From: Epithemia pelagica
Lineage: Eukaryota > Protista > Bacillariophyta
Reading direction: 5' to 3'
Length of the DNA: 64,000 bases
Assembly (NCBI GenBank): GCA_946965045.2
Contig: OX337236.1
Span: forward strand, 1,426,001-1,490,000
Part shown: in pieces, positions 12,655 to 24,102 of the stretch
Position numbering within the stretch: position 1 is the stretch's first letter
Layout: each line of letters starts with the position of its first letter
Notes under the pieces: model-generated
Seen by the model: the letters and a program-made list of their open reading frames with translations, nothing else
Database searches by the model: none
What the model was told of the DNA's origin: nothing
Translations under genes and position numbers: made by a program

Positions 12655-13048
12655 AACGACTATTTCGCTTGTCGGGGAACGTATGCTAAACCTGAGAAAT
12701 CTAGATCAGGATGCCGCATGATGTTGCTTCCTTTTCCCTTCATTATTCTAGCATTATGATTTACGATGGGAATGGTATTCTCCTAAGAGTATCTTTAGCC
12801 TCTGAGCATGAAGATGAAGTCGTCAAGTTTTATTAGGTGGAGTAGTCTTGATGTAAGACATAGACTCTGACCTTTGTTTGTGCGACCACAACTGGAACAT
12901 AAGCCCCGAGCATATCGTAAGTTATTCCAGACATTCCAGAGTCCAGAGATTCTGTATCTACACTTATTTCGAAGATGTTCATCACGGTCGCCATCATGCA
13001 TGGGCATAGTTTCGCATTGTTGTTATCCTTTTAGCTTAACAAGCCACC

Positions 13049-13936
13049 ATGAAGGTTAACGCAAATTTCCGTTTGTTCGCTGCGTCCAGTTTCGACGCCA
13101 ACAAATATATCCCGTCCCCATCCTACGGCGTGAATAGATTTATGCTGGATCGCATCGGAGATGAGAAAGCCCGAGCTACAACTATTGTGGAATACAAACC
13201 AAATTCAAAGTTTCCAGAACACACTCACATTGGTGGGGAGGAGTTTCTGGTTTTGGAAGGAACTTTCAAAGACCAGTTTGGAGAATTTCCCGCCGGTGTA
13301 AGGATGTCCTTATCGAAGTGTCGTCGCTTTGATGTGACACACACGAAGCACTTACTGTCAGGGCCTCACCCTTTTTTAATCTGATTGTTTCAGACATATG
13401 TAAGAAATCCGATCGACAGTAAACATGCTCCCTGGGTGGATGACGATGGCTGCACAATTTTTGTTAAGCTGTTGCAGATGGCAGACACTGGTGAAGGGAC
13501 AACACCTCTGCACGTTGACTTGGAGAAAGCCAAAGAGACTGCGAAAGAGTCAGATGAGCTTGGAAAAGTTGCTGAACTTTACAAGAATGATCAAACTGGG
13601 GAACGTGTGCAAATGTGTTGGCTGGAACTCGACAAAGAAGTAGGAAGCTTCGATGTTGAGACCACGGGTGGTGAAGAGTTCTTTGTCATGAACGGTTCAA
13701 TAATATGTCAAGGCACTGAGTATAAGAAATGGGGATGGTTGAGATTCCCTGTAATATCTGTTGAAGAGCGCAAAACCCTTAAAGCTGGAGCGGATGGAGC
13801 TCAAGTTTACAGGAAGACCGGACATCTCACAGACAAAGCTCTCTCGATGGAGAAGATCAAGATTGCTGTTGATTCGAAAGAGGAACCGGAAAATGAACCA
13901 GAAAGCAAAAGGCAGAAAATTGAAAAGACTGACTAG
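13049..13936 (+). CDS. ChrR-like cupin protein; exons 13049-13297 and 13394-13936 (~263 aa)
   Basis: FPEHTHIGGEEFLVLEG. The GT-AG intron 13298-13393 rejoins FPAG|TYVRNP, followed by GCTIFVKL; a second degenerate cupin has GGEEFFV. Confidence 0.8.
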
Positions 13937-14022
13937 CAATCTCAAGATGGGAGTAACATGAATTATGAGATCTAAGTACGAACAGAGCATCAAACTTGGG
14001 GCAATCCAAACCCTTTTTTCTT

Positions 14023-14991
14023 CTAGATCGACTCTTGGTAGTTGAGAGTCACAAGCATCTTTGTCACATTTTCGGAACAATTGCCATGTCGAAGCGCCAG
14101 ATCACTGGCCTTCAGTCCTTCAGCATTTACTTCCACCGCCGACGTGGGCCATTGGCCTAGCAGAAGCTCAAACACGGCTGGTGTCGCCCCATGCTGTGCT
14201 GCCACATGAAGGGGCAAGTTGCCTTTGCTGTCAGTAACATGCAACGCGTCAGGAAAACATGCTAGAGGGTGACGGACGACATCTTCTCCTGCTTTGCTTG
14301 ACAGTGCAACCATCAAGGGCGTTTGACGAAATTTGTTGGTTAGCTCAAGAAATTCTCTGCCAACATGGTTGGTGAGCAAGGCGACAACATCGAGAGGTGC
14401 ACCGTTTTCAATGGCAATATGCAATGGATAGCCTCCGTCTCGCACAAACTCTTCAGTTTGCATCATTCTCAAGTCAATCGTGTCAACTGTTTTCAGGCCT
14501 GCATTAGGGTCAATGATGTGATTTGCGTGATGTCCTTCAAGGGATGACCTTTTCTTAACCAATTCTCCAATCTTCGTATGATGGAGCAAAGCGTATGGGT
14601 TTGAATAAATGAGAAAGGCGAGGACATCGTGATTTCTGGTGGGAAATGTACAGGCAACATGAAGGGGAAGATAGCCGTGTTTGTTCGCTACCGACAAGAC
14701 GTAGGGGTTCGCCTCGACAAGAATTTCGACTGATGCTCTAGTGCAATCCGAATTGCGGCAGAGTAAATGAAGTGGGGTGTCCCCATTCATGTCGCGATCA
14801 GATACAGCCATGTGATTTGCCTCAACTAGGGACTTGAGAGCCACAATGTCGGGATCATTGAGACACAGAAGATGCAAGGGAGTAGCTCCATGATCATCCG
14901 TTTGGAACGCATCATCGTTTCGGTTGGCAAGCTGAATAATGGCGTCAGTGTCATTATGCTTGCACGCTTCGTGTAGGGTCGACCAGGTCAT
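14023..14991 (-). CDS. Ankyrin-repeat protein
   Basis: Repeated G.TPLH/G.LPLH motifs (GATPLHLLC, GDTPLHLLC, GYLPLHVAC, GNLPLHVAA); first ATG at 14991. Confidence 0.88.
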   Translation of the reverse strand: MTWSTLHEACKHNDTDAIIQLANRNDDAFQTDDHGATPLHLLCLNDPDIVALKSLVEANHMAVSDRDMNGDTPLHLLCRNSDCTRASVEILVEANPYVLSVANKHGYLPLHVACTFPTRNHDVLAFLIYSNPYALLHHTKIGELVKKRSSLEGHHANHIIDPNAGLKTVDTIDLRMMQTEEFVRDGGYPLHIAIENGAPLDVVALLTNHVGREFLELTNKFRQTPLMVALSSKAGEDVVRHPLACFPDALHVTDSKGNLPLHVAAQHGATPAVFELLLGQWPTSAVEVNAEGLKASDLALRHGNCSENVTKMLVTLNYQESI

Positions 14992-15732
14992 TTTTCTCAA
15001 TGAGGGTGTATGGGATATAGAATACGAGCGCAATTTTATGCGAATCTTGCAATTTTCAATTCATCTCTTTGCTTTCAAGGATGAGAAGCTTGAGAAGCTT
15101 TTCCTCAGAGCCTGACATGACATGATTGACATTTCTGTTCGCATCTCCTCCGCTGTCGTGAGCTTCGTTCCTGCATTGCTGATTGTTGTGTTTCCTTTCC
15201 CCTCAGAAACCCGAAGCAGTAAAGGGTGCCTGATGGTGTTGATTGATGGTGTATTCAATTGTTGTCAATTGTTGTCAATTGTCAGTTGTCAGCTAGGTGT
15301 GCGCACTGCGCACGCACACCAATGCGAATGAGGATGCGAATGATGCGATGATCGATGATGTGATACTCGCTCGCTGGGCATAAATCAGCATACAAGGCAA
15401 TGAATCTGCACCTCCACCCTCCACCTCCACCTCCACCCTGCCTCCGCCTCCTGTGCCCCAGATGGTTACATAGAATATGAGTATTGTATGGATATTGTAC
15501 TCGTAGATATAGTTGACATACACTTCTTAAACATCGAAGATAACAGATCAGAAAGACGATAAGTGATTAGAGCTACTATAGGACACAGAGTACTCTCTAC
15601 TACCACCACTATAAAAGAGAGAGTAAGAGTACTCGTACAAGACGCGGAACATCAAGCCGCCATGAAACAAGCAGAGAAGCCAAAATAACAAACACACGAA
15701 CGCGAATTGAGGAATACGAACAATGATCAGTG

Positions 15733-16395
15733 ATGGTTAACGCAGAGAGCAACGCAATATCCTCGAAGAGCAACAAGAGAAGGCTTGGAGTAGGTGATGA
15801 ACGTTCCGCAAATGCTTGCTGCACGAGCGCCTTTAGCCGGGCACCTTCTCCTTTGATGATGGTGGAGGAGCAAGAATCGCATTCCTTCCGAACTCCACTG
15901 ATCGAGTCCATAATTGTGGAGGACAACAATAAACGACCAAGATTGATGATATGTGATTCGAATGACAGTAGTGACACAGATTCCAGTCCAAGCTCAGCGC
16001 CATCCTGTTCACTACTGTTGCTGAGAAGTGATCTGGAAGAAAATGCAAACCGAATACTGCACAGGAATCGATCCTCATTAATGTCGATAAGTTCGACCCT
16101 CACTGAAGTTTCAAACTCTGACCAACCGGCAACAAGATTATCAGAATCATCACTTATGATTTTGGAGACTGAAGAATCTCTTTTCGATGTTGTGCCACAT
16201 AATTCACGTGATTTTGCAGTTCAACACTCTGGACCAGAACGCTTGGACTCTCTCACAAATTTTGTCGAAGACTGCTCGTTGAACAACAACAAACGCGCAA
16301 GGCGAAGAGGGAATATCTACTCAACCCCATCTTCAGTTCCTCCAGAATATTTTGAACGTTACGTCTCGAACACGATGCATGATCCAAATGCGTAG
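15733..16395 (+). CDS. Hypothetical Ser-rich protein
   Basis: ~220-codon ORF in a gene-sized gap; no recognisable domain. Confidence 0.5.
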   Translation: MVNAESNAISSKSNKRRLGVGDERSANACCTSAFSRAPSPLMMVEEQESHSFRTPLIESIIVEDNNKRPRLMICDSNDSSDTDSSPSSAPSCSLLLLRSDLEENANRILHRNRSSLMSISSTLTEVSNSDQPATRLSESSLMILETEESLFDVVPHNSRDFAVQHSGPERLDSLTNFVEDCSLNNNKRARRRGNIYSTPSSVPPEYFERYVSNTMHDPNA

Positions 16396-16890
16396 TGGTT
16401 TTGCCCATACCGCCTGGGTAGAATCTGCTGCTACACTGTGGGAACGACCTTACCAGATCAAAGCGGCAATAAAAGAGCTCAACTTGCACTGGTGGCAATC
16501 TTACGGTCTCGACAGAGCGCATGGAAGCAAAAAAGACGAACTTTGTCCTCGAGCCTCCAGTCAAATGACTTGCATTTGACTTCGCAATTCTTCCAGTAAT
16601 GCTCCGCGTACGTCTCCCGATAGTCTTCTTTGTAAAAAAGGACATCTTTTTGTTGCACTCTCTTGATTCGGCAATTGCTCCGAACCAAAGACCGTAGCCC
16701 ACCGTCATCCTCTATTGCTCCTAGAGGAGTAGGACTACAAAAGCATAAACCATAGCAACTCTAGCAACGGATCGTCCGCCGTCCGTTTTGTTATTTTGCG
16801 CAAGAAAACACGCAACGGCCACAATGCGTTCACATCCCATATCTACGGATATTGTCCCATTGCAGATTGCAGATACGCCGCAACAAAAGA

Positions 16891-17176
16891 ATGAATGCAG
16901 CAACAGAGAGTGCGACAGCAGTGGGTGCTGCACTGGGTCCTCCAATCTCTCGTGGTGTGGAATATAGATGTGGGGACTGTGGTGCCAAAAATATCATCAA
17001 AGCTGGAGATCCTGTGCGATGTCGCCAATGTGGGTTTCGAATTCTGTACAAGACAAGGACTAAGCGATGTAAGTGCGAAGCTATTGCCGGAATACTCGTT
17101 TGAAAACAATGAGACTAACTTTGTCAAGTATATCTGGCCCATACTTTCAATAGTAATCCAGTTTGAGGCGCGGTGA
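16891..17176 (+). CDS. RPB12: RNA polymerases I/II/III shared subunit RPABC4 (Rpb12); exons 16891-17068 and 17154-17176
   Basis: Zn ribbon [24 protein letters not shown] intron 17069-17153 gives the canonical C-terminus RTKRLIQFEAR. Confidence 0.95.
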
Positions 17177-17643
17177 CCGAGTCTGAATGAATTCTATGCA
17201 TTTTAACCAGTTGTACGTAGGGATACGGAGAAGGCAAGACAGCTTCGGGACGAACTCTTTGATCATGTTACTTGGGTGGAACAGGATCCTCGTTGTGAAA
17301 AGCAAGATTCTAATGTGGACTCATGTTTCTACTTTATTCAGAGTAACGATCGCGACATGTGGTTTGTTTGATCTTTAATCTAGGATTACTGTAACACTGA
17401 ACTGCCGCACATGTAGGGATCCTGTTTGCATGAAAGCTGAAAGTATTCCACGCATGCCTGATGGTGAAGCTGAAACTTGAACTGTCGAAATATTGCAGGT
17501 CGAGTCTTCCATTCATGGTTTTTGTCACCGATGCCAGATCAATTTCTTGTGAAACCGTCCCGTCAACTAAACAATGGGAATGCCACTTGTCCTTGGGCAC
17601 AAAGACTGTAACGAGCCACAACCTTCATTCCTGGTCAGGCCAT

Positions 17644-19137
17644 TCATGTTTCTTCCACTCTTCCTGAATAGGATTGTCCAACGTGCGTTCCACGGTTTGT
17701 CACCCGAAGCATTATGAGGGTATCGCCCTTGTGACAAATCGATCCTTCGTTCTGAGAATCTGTAATGGTCTCGCCATCAACGTTATTGATGTTTTTTGGG
17801 GACCACCGGGGCCTCGTCGGCAAGTCCGCCAAGCTCACCGAGTCACCATTTTGAGTTCCTAGTCGCACGGTCTCTGCTTGCTGAAGAAGAACTTGCGCAT
17901 CGTAGCAGACCGCTTTTGCTGCCGTTCCATCTCCATTGTCACTTGCGTCGTCCTTGTATGACGCTTTAGCAGACGCTGATTCTAGGCCCACCACAACACA
18001 GGGGCGGAGTTCCATTTTAAGTCGTCCCACTGGCACGCTTCGACTGGTGTTCGACCGGCAATTGTATACGAGAACATGATCACCTGCCTGCAATTCACAC
18101 AAATATTTTGTGGTCTTGCCATCACTCATGAGAACATAGGAGTGGACAGGACCGGCGTTTACACGAAAAGGACGACTGGGCACAAAGACCGAGGGTGAGG
18201 CTTCGCTCAACACCAACGCCATGGTTTTGGCGGATGATCCAATCCAGCATCCTTCCGTTGGCTGTAGCAACTGTACAAAATCTATACACACACGGTCCGC
18301 GAGGACAGAAATGGCGGGCCCCTCATTACGACTGGAGAGTTTGCAACAACGAGCTGAAATAATCTCAGCCTCAGTTTGCTTTTTGGGTTCATCAAAAGGA
18401 GGTACTTCAAGGTGTAGCTCCCGCTGCTGCTCATTGCGTTCCTTTTTGGCTTGCAAGACAGCTTGCCACAGAGAATGAGGAGCATTGTATGAGACACATA
18501 GGGCGTCCACACCGAGTTCGAGAGAACGGGCCAATCCCAGGACATCCTCTTCATTTTGTACGCGCACGGCAAGTTTCGTTCCTGCTTGACGAGCAAATGC
18601 CACTAGATTCTCGACTGGGATCATTTTCCAGCATTTGCCTTCATCAGCAATCTCCACCAACAACCATGGCACCGATCCCAGCAATGCCATGGCTCGATCA
18701 AGGTCCGCAACACCCTTCACTGGTACAAACGCACCCGTAACAACTGAAGCATCTCCAGGAGTGTTTGGATTGATCAACATGGTGTTTCCATCTTTTCCTG
18801 ATCGCTGCACAAATATTTCAGTGGTGTTGTCCTCTTTATCAAGATTTGGATCAAGGCTGGTAGAACCTTTCGTTTCTTCGTTCAAGAGCAAGAGGTCAGC
18901 TTGCTGTAGGCGGGCATGTGGAGCACCAGTGCTCGAATCATGATAATCGTCCACCAACGAATGAGACAAGGGGTTTCGTCCATCCAACCAAATTTTCATA
19001 TCGGCGATCAAGGTTTGTTCCGCTCGCAATTCTAAACGATCTCGATGCTTGGACAATGACGTTGCGAAAACAAACCCTTGAGTTTCTTCAGAGGCGATTA
19101 CCAAGAAAATCGCAGTCAGAAGAAAACAGCAGCCCAT
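17644..19137 (-). CDS. 3-dehydroquinate synthase II (archaeal-type) family protein, probably plastid-targeted
   Basis: DRVCIDF..EG..IGSS, SRPFRVNAGPVHSYV, KYLCELQAGDHVL, VGRLKMELRP and LQQAETVRL; hydrophobic signal peptide followed by QG-F. Confidence 0.88.
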   Translation of the reverse strand: MGCCFLLTAIFLVIASEETQGFVFATSLSKHRDRLELRAEQTLIADMKIWLDGRNPLSHSLVDDYHDSSTGAPHARLQQADLLLLNEETKGSTSLDPNLDKEDNTTEIFVQRSGKDGNTMLINPNTPGDASVVTGAFVPVKGVADLDRAMALLGSVPWLLVEIADEGKCWKMIPVENLVAFARQAGTKLAVRVQNEEDVLGLARSLELGVDALCVSYNAPHSLWQAVLQAKKERNEQQRELHLEVPPFDEPKKQTEAEIISARCCKLSSRNEGPAISVLADRVCIDFVQLLQPTEGCWIGSSAKTMALVLSEASPSVFVPSRPFRVNAGPVHSYVLMSDGKTTKYLCELQAGDHVLVYNCRSNTSRSVPVGRLKMELRPCVVVGLESASAKASYKDDASDNGDGTAAKAVCYDAQVLLQQAETVRLGTQNGDSVSLADLPTRPRWSPKNINNVDGETITDSQNEGSICHKGDTLIMLRVTNRGTHVGQSYSGRVEET

Positions 19138-20610
19138 CGAGATAGAAGAGAACGTACAGGATGATGCTCTCTATCGGAGACCGTCAACCCAGGGAGAGGA
19201 TTTGCTGGGCTGGCTCATTCCGATGGCCCAGTGGCTGATACTTCATTTGGAGACGTGATCTCAAATCTAATCTATCCCAACAACTCCAATCTTCAATCGG
19301 AAGTCGGAAGCAGCGTGGAGGTGGAGGTGCAGTGCGGAGGTGCGCGTCGTACCACGCCCCCAACCGAACCCACCATTGGACGTGACCTGTACTACCTCGC
19401 AGTATTTGGTGGATGTTTCAATAGAAGGTACTGTACGAACAATGACCACGACCGCTAAACTGAGTTCGAGAATCCCCCCAATTCGAACTCTTCGCGCAAC
19501 GACAACGATGAACAACAATGAATGTCACGATGCCTTTCAAGACCATGCAGTCCATACGATCCGACCAACGTGAAAGCGAGAAGGTTCAAGCTTCAATCAA
19601 CTTTTTCCAACTAGTTATAATTTACTAACGTCTCCATCTATTTCTGGTTGCTCTTTATCAAGAGCTCCATGATTTTTCGGAGGGGCAGAAACCACACGGC
19701 GTAATAACCCGATGAATCAAGGGCAGAGCGTTCCGGGGTCAGGAGGCCGTTTTCCCTTCTCAGCAGTAAGGTACCTTCAAAACAACATTGGTTCTTGAAA
19801 TGTACCACACCAAGGACTCCTTATAAGAAAATCCTGATCAGCTTCGGAGATTGATCTCATTCGCGATTCCACAAGTATTCTTCTTGTAAGTTGTTGGCGC
19901 ATTCCTTCACAGCCATTCTCATCCAGAGTCATTCATTTCTTAGTTCTCTGGAAAATCACCCGTTTACCAAAAGGTCAGGTTGAGGAGGTGGAATCGTTTC
20001 CAATTCCTCGTTCGAGCGAACTTCTTCCCGCAACTTGCACTTCTTGAGATCAAACTTTCGCGTGATGTAGAATATTGCCGCAGCTGAAAGAACAAAGATC
20101 ATGGTTATACGCTCTCAGTTGGCCAATCGAACTTTCCCTTCGTTTTCTCGTTGCTCTGTCGAAGATCAACAACTTTGGCGGCTATTTCCTCGCTCATGCA
20201 GATGACTTTTTATGAGAAAGCGAAGAAAGTATTCAGTACTCAGTACGACCGACCGTCGTCCACCAAGGACAAATGCTGTAATAGTAGTAGTATAGCGAAA
20301 GCAGTACTCGTCATGCAATTGCAACTTGCAACATTCAGCTTTATTCCCCAGCGGGGGAGCGTACAATACTCAGCTGCCGATATCAACCATATGTCGTGAC
20401 TTATGCATCAACAAATCTGGATCACGATCAAACAAGACTATCACGCGCTGAGGCGTTGATAAGGCACACAGAATTTTGCGGAGCATCGGTCGAAGTTCAA
20501 AACCCGACGGCATGGCATCATGCTGGCGTGTCGAAAATTCGTGTCGCAAAAATGTCGCGTCCCCCAATCCCCAATGGATTTCTGGGAGTACGATTGCTAT
20601 CCACAATCCC

Positions 20611-20723
20611 TACCCCCTAGCGAAATGGTGAGTCCTGGTCGTGAATGAGAGTGTGCGCATTCTGAGTATCAGAATGCTCTCGGTCTGTCTGTCAACCTGG
20701 ACTCTCCCTTCCGCTAGGGGGTA
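20611..20723. mobile_element. 113-bp foldback MITE with a 10-bp target-site duplication
   Basis: Perfect 12-bp TIR TACCCCCTAGCG (imperfect to ~30 bp); central 9-bp stem 20657-20677 on the same axis; CCACAATCCC on both flanks (20601-20610, 20724-20733). Confidence 0.85.
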
Positions 20724-21019
20724 CCACAATCCCCACACAAAGAAATGAGCACAATCATGTTTCAGGATTTGACAACACCTCCAGAATAGCTACCGATCAC
20801 AACAAGGATATTGAGTTCTCTGCTGTCTCTGGATTGTTTCCTCACCTCTTCTTTCTATGGTAGACGATGACAGACCACCTAGAATATTTATCATAAGGAA
20901 TTCATGCCGCTAACCGACTGTATCTCAACGATCAAATCCCGTTTGTAAAAGAGTTCTCCGTCTCGACGGCTCGTCCAGACATGATGGATTTATGAGAGGG
21001 TCCACCTGCAATCAACTTA

Positions 21020-23911
21020 TCAATTTTTCGTCTTGCTGAACGACGCGTAGAAGTCTAGCATTTCTCTTGTGATTTGGCGCTCTGTTGTTCTGACGACCTG
21101 AAGCAAGTGCTTCATCTTTATTTTTGGATGCGCATTATAGCTTTCAAACTCTTCTGTATCGATTGCACCAATACTTTCTTCCAGTGCCAAAAGTGCAGCC
21201 TCTCTACAAATACCAGTGATTTCAGCTCCTGAATATCCTTCACTGACCTCATCGGCTGCCAGACGACCAAAATCCACATCTTCATCACATGCTCGCTTCT
21301 GGAGTGCGACCTGAAACACTTTTTCACGGCTTCTCTGATCTGGTAATCCCACGTACACCATTCGATCAATCCGACCCGGTCGCGTCAGAGCACTGTCCAA
21401 GAGATCGGGTCGATTTGTTGCACCAATCACCAATACACGTTGCTGTTGTCCTCCATGCTCATCAGCGACCACTCTTCCCGTCGAAACAACACCATCCAGT
21501 TCCGTTAGCAGCTGTGACAACATGCGACTCCCAGTTGAGTTGTCGCTGGAACCCCGTTTGGTTGCGATGGCGTCAATCTCATCAAAGAATATTATAGACG
21601 GACTTGCCATTCGAGCTCGTCGAAACAAAGACGCCAGAGCGCGTTCGCTTTCTCCAAGCCACTTGCTCAACAGTTCAGGTCCTTTTACAGCAAGAAAATT
21701 CATTTTACCTTCCGTGGCTAGCGCTCTTGCAATCATTGTCTTTCCCGTACCTGGGGGGCCGTAAAGAAGTATACCACGCGGAGCAGGGATCTTGAGCTTC
21801 TCAAAAAGTTCTTGTCTCGAAAGTGGCATTTCAATTGATTCTTTAAGAGTTTCCTTCACTTCATCCATACCACCGATATCTGACCACAGAACTTGTGGAA
21901 TCTCTACTGTTACTGACTTGATTGCGGAGGGTGTGACAGTCCTCATTGCATTCGATAAATCTAGTTTGGTCAGTTCCAATCTTTGCAGCGGATCGGACTG
22001 TTTTCCAAGTAGCGATAAACGTACAGCTGCCTTAACGACGAGCACACAATCAGCCCCGTTGTAACCTTTTGCGTTTTTGGCTAAATCCAACAAGTCAGCA
22101 TTTGATATGGATGATTGAGCGAAGCCTGTTTTATCCAGATGAAATCGGAGAATATCCGCACGTTGTGAGGCTTCGTCGGGAATAGGCACTTCAACTTCGT
22201 AGTCCAACCTTCCAGGTCTTCGCAATGCCGGATCCAGGACACTTGGATCATTAGTAATGGCCAAGACTACAGTCGGAGCATCTCCCCTTGCCGGATGTCC
22301 CACACCATCCATCAAGGCCAACAAGGTTGCAGCGAGCTGGTCAGCTCCTGGTTGGGAGGTCGGTCCTCCTCTTCGAGAGCAAATCATGTGTACATCATCG
22401 AATATCAACAACCTGGGGCCATCACTAGTTAAAGTCGGGCGAAAGTATTGACTCAACTCTCGTTCCGCTTCCCCCACGATTGTAGTCTTGGTCAGGAGAG
22501 ACATGCAGCTGATAAAGTCCACACGACATCCATACTCCAGCCTGAGCTCACTGGCAATTTGCTTCGCCAAGCATGTTTTCCCTGTCCCACTGGGCCCATG
22601 GAGCAACAGCCCGCGAGGCGGAAGAATGTTCTTGGAATACGAAAACAATTCAGGCCGTGTCAAGGGTACAAGGAGATGATTTTTTACTTTCTGAACCACA
22701 GGCGAGATACCCGCAACGTATTGTTCGGGTACCTCGGGGTCCGAATGTATTTGCTCCACTTCTTGCGATGGATCCGAAAAGAAGAACTTCGTGCTCTCCT
22801 CAACTAGAAACAATTCTACCTTTATCGATTGGATGCTTTGGATCAGGTGGTCTTGTGTCTCCGCCATTGAGTTGTCGTCATTGAGATGCATTTTACAAAA
22901 AGTTTCTTCGAGACTGACCGACTCGGACTCAAATGGCTTGGTACCCTCCATCCTTAAAGCAATGAGCTCAATAGTTCTCCCTTGAAAAGAAGTTGACAAG
23001 GTTTCACCAACTTGAACAAATCGACCATTGTGAGTCGCCCGTACAAGTCGCTCCAGTAGATCGTGATAGTTCACCATGTTTGCATTCGAGAAGACACCAT
23101 TCGGCACAGATAAGTAAATCTTTTTTGCTGAAGTAATCTTCACTGTTTTGCTGGTGATTATTTTCGAACCTAACGTTGAATCGACAGGAACAATCCATAG
23201 TGTGCTGTGTTGTATTGGAGGAGTTGGCTTCTTGCTGCTGGAATTTCTCTTTTCCCTCTCGCTTGATAAAAAACCCTTGAATGAAATACCCTTATCTCGA
23301 GCAATGGGAGTGGAAGTGTACTCTTGTTCTGGTTCCTTTTTTGTTGGAGTTGTCACTGGAATCTCAGTTTGATGCTGCTTCGTATCTTGCTTCCACAAGA
23401 ACGTTGCCAAGGATGATGGGAAAATTTGTACATGTCCACGAGGGAGTTGTGCTGTTTCAACACCCCCGGAGTTGGGTGGAATGGAAAACGGAGAAGAAGG
23501 AGCGGTGGAAAAAGACTGGGAAACATCGCGTACAATTTGAATCATACATACACTACCGGACAAAACATCAAAGCTTGGTTTGGTATCATGATCCTTCAGT
23601 CGAACAGTTCCGCCACATGGAAATAGAAAAACATATTGCCCTGGGAAAATACCCAACCGCCTTCCATCTGATTGCGAAATAGCCAAGAACGGAGTACGAG
23701 ATAGGTGCAGATGTTTCGGTGACGATAGCCCCTGTTGACTACCAGGGACACAACGAACAAAAAGATGATCGACTATGTCAAGGGTCTCGCTGGAACTCCC
23801 AACCTGTTGCTTGCTCAACGACGAAGGAGGCGAAAAAGCTTCGGAATGGCCAGAGACTCGCGGAGACTCATACGGAACCGATCGTTGCGGCTTTTTCTTC
23901 TTCTTGCCCAT
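21020..23911 (-). CDS. AFG2: Double-AAA ATPase, AFG2/SPATA5 (Drg1)-like
   Basis: Two Walker A motifs (GPSGTGKT, GPPGTGKT), KGPELLSKWLGESERA, IIFFDEIDAIA, and RRPGRLD/RPGRIDR. Confidence 0.8.
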   Translation of the reverse strand: MGKKKKKPQRSVPYESPRVSGHSEAFSPPSSLSKQQVGSSSETLDIVDHLFVRCVPGSQQGLSSPKHLHLSRTPFLAISQSDGRRLGIFPGQYVFLFPCGGTVRLKDHDTKPSFDVLSGSVCMIQIVRDVSQSFSTAPSSPFSIPPNSGGVETAQLPRGHVQIFPSSLATFLWKQDTKQHQTEIPVTTPTKKEPEQEYTSTPIARDKGISFKGFLSSEREKRNSSSKKPTPPIQHSTLWIVPVDSTLGSKIITSKTVKITSAKKIYLSVPNGVFSNANMVNYHDLLERLVRATHNGRFVQVGETLSTSFQGRTIELIALRMEGTKPFESESVSLEETFCKMHLNDDNSMAETQDHLIQSIQSIKVELFLVEESTKFFFSDPSQEVEQIHSDPEVPEQYVAGISPVVQKVKNHLLVPLTRPELFSYSKNILPPRGLLLHGPSGTGKTCLAKQIASELRLEYGCRVDFISCMSLLTKTTIVGEAERELSQYFRPTLTSDGPRLLIFDDVHMICSRRGGPTSQPGADQLAATLLALMDGVGHPARGDAPTVVLAITNDPSVLDPALRRPGRLDYEVEVPIPDEASQRADILRFHLDKTGFAQSSISNADLLDLAKNAKGYNGADCVLVVKAAVRLSLLGKQSDPLQRLELTKLDLSNAMRTVTPSAIKSVTVEIPQVLWSDIGGMDEVKETLKESIEMPLSRQELFEKLKIPAPRGILLYGPPGTGKTMIARALATEGKMNFLAVKGPELLSKWLGESERALASLFRRARMASPSIIFFDEIDAIATKRGSSDNSTGSRMLSQLLTELDGVVSTGRVVADEHGGQQQRVLVIGATNRPDLLDSALTRPGRIDRMVYVGLPDQRSREKVFQVALQKRACDEDVDFGRLAADEVSEGYSGAEITGICREAALLALEESIGAIDTEEFESYNAHPKIKMKHLLQVVRTTERQITREMLDFYASFSKTKN

Positions 23912-24102
23912 CGCTCATGTGACGGTCGTTAGAATGTGGACGAAAAGACGCGGTTTCATAATCCGCGACTGAGCATCTTGGGGCTTGGGGTTAGCAGTAG
24001 CAGCTAGCTAGGTAGGTAGCTGCCTCTTGTTCCTCTTCTAGTGGGAGTACTCCTAGGAAGAAAGCTTCACGGTCTATTCCAATGACTTTGCGTCCATCTC
24101 AG

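Noticed and set aside
19620-20400. Protein-like fragments on the - strand between DHQS II and AFG2
   Set aside because: Several stops in every frame and no consistent splice model; at most a decayed gene.
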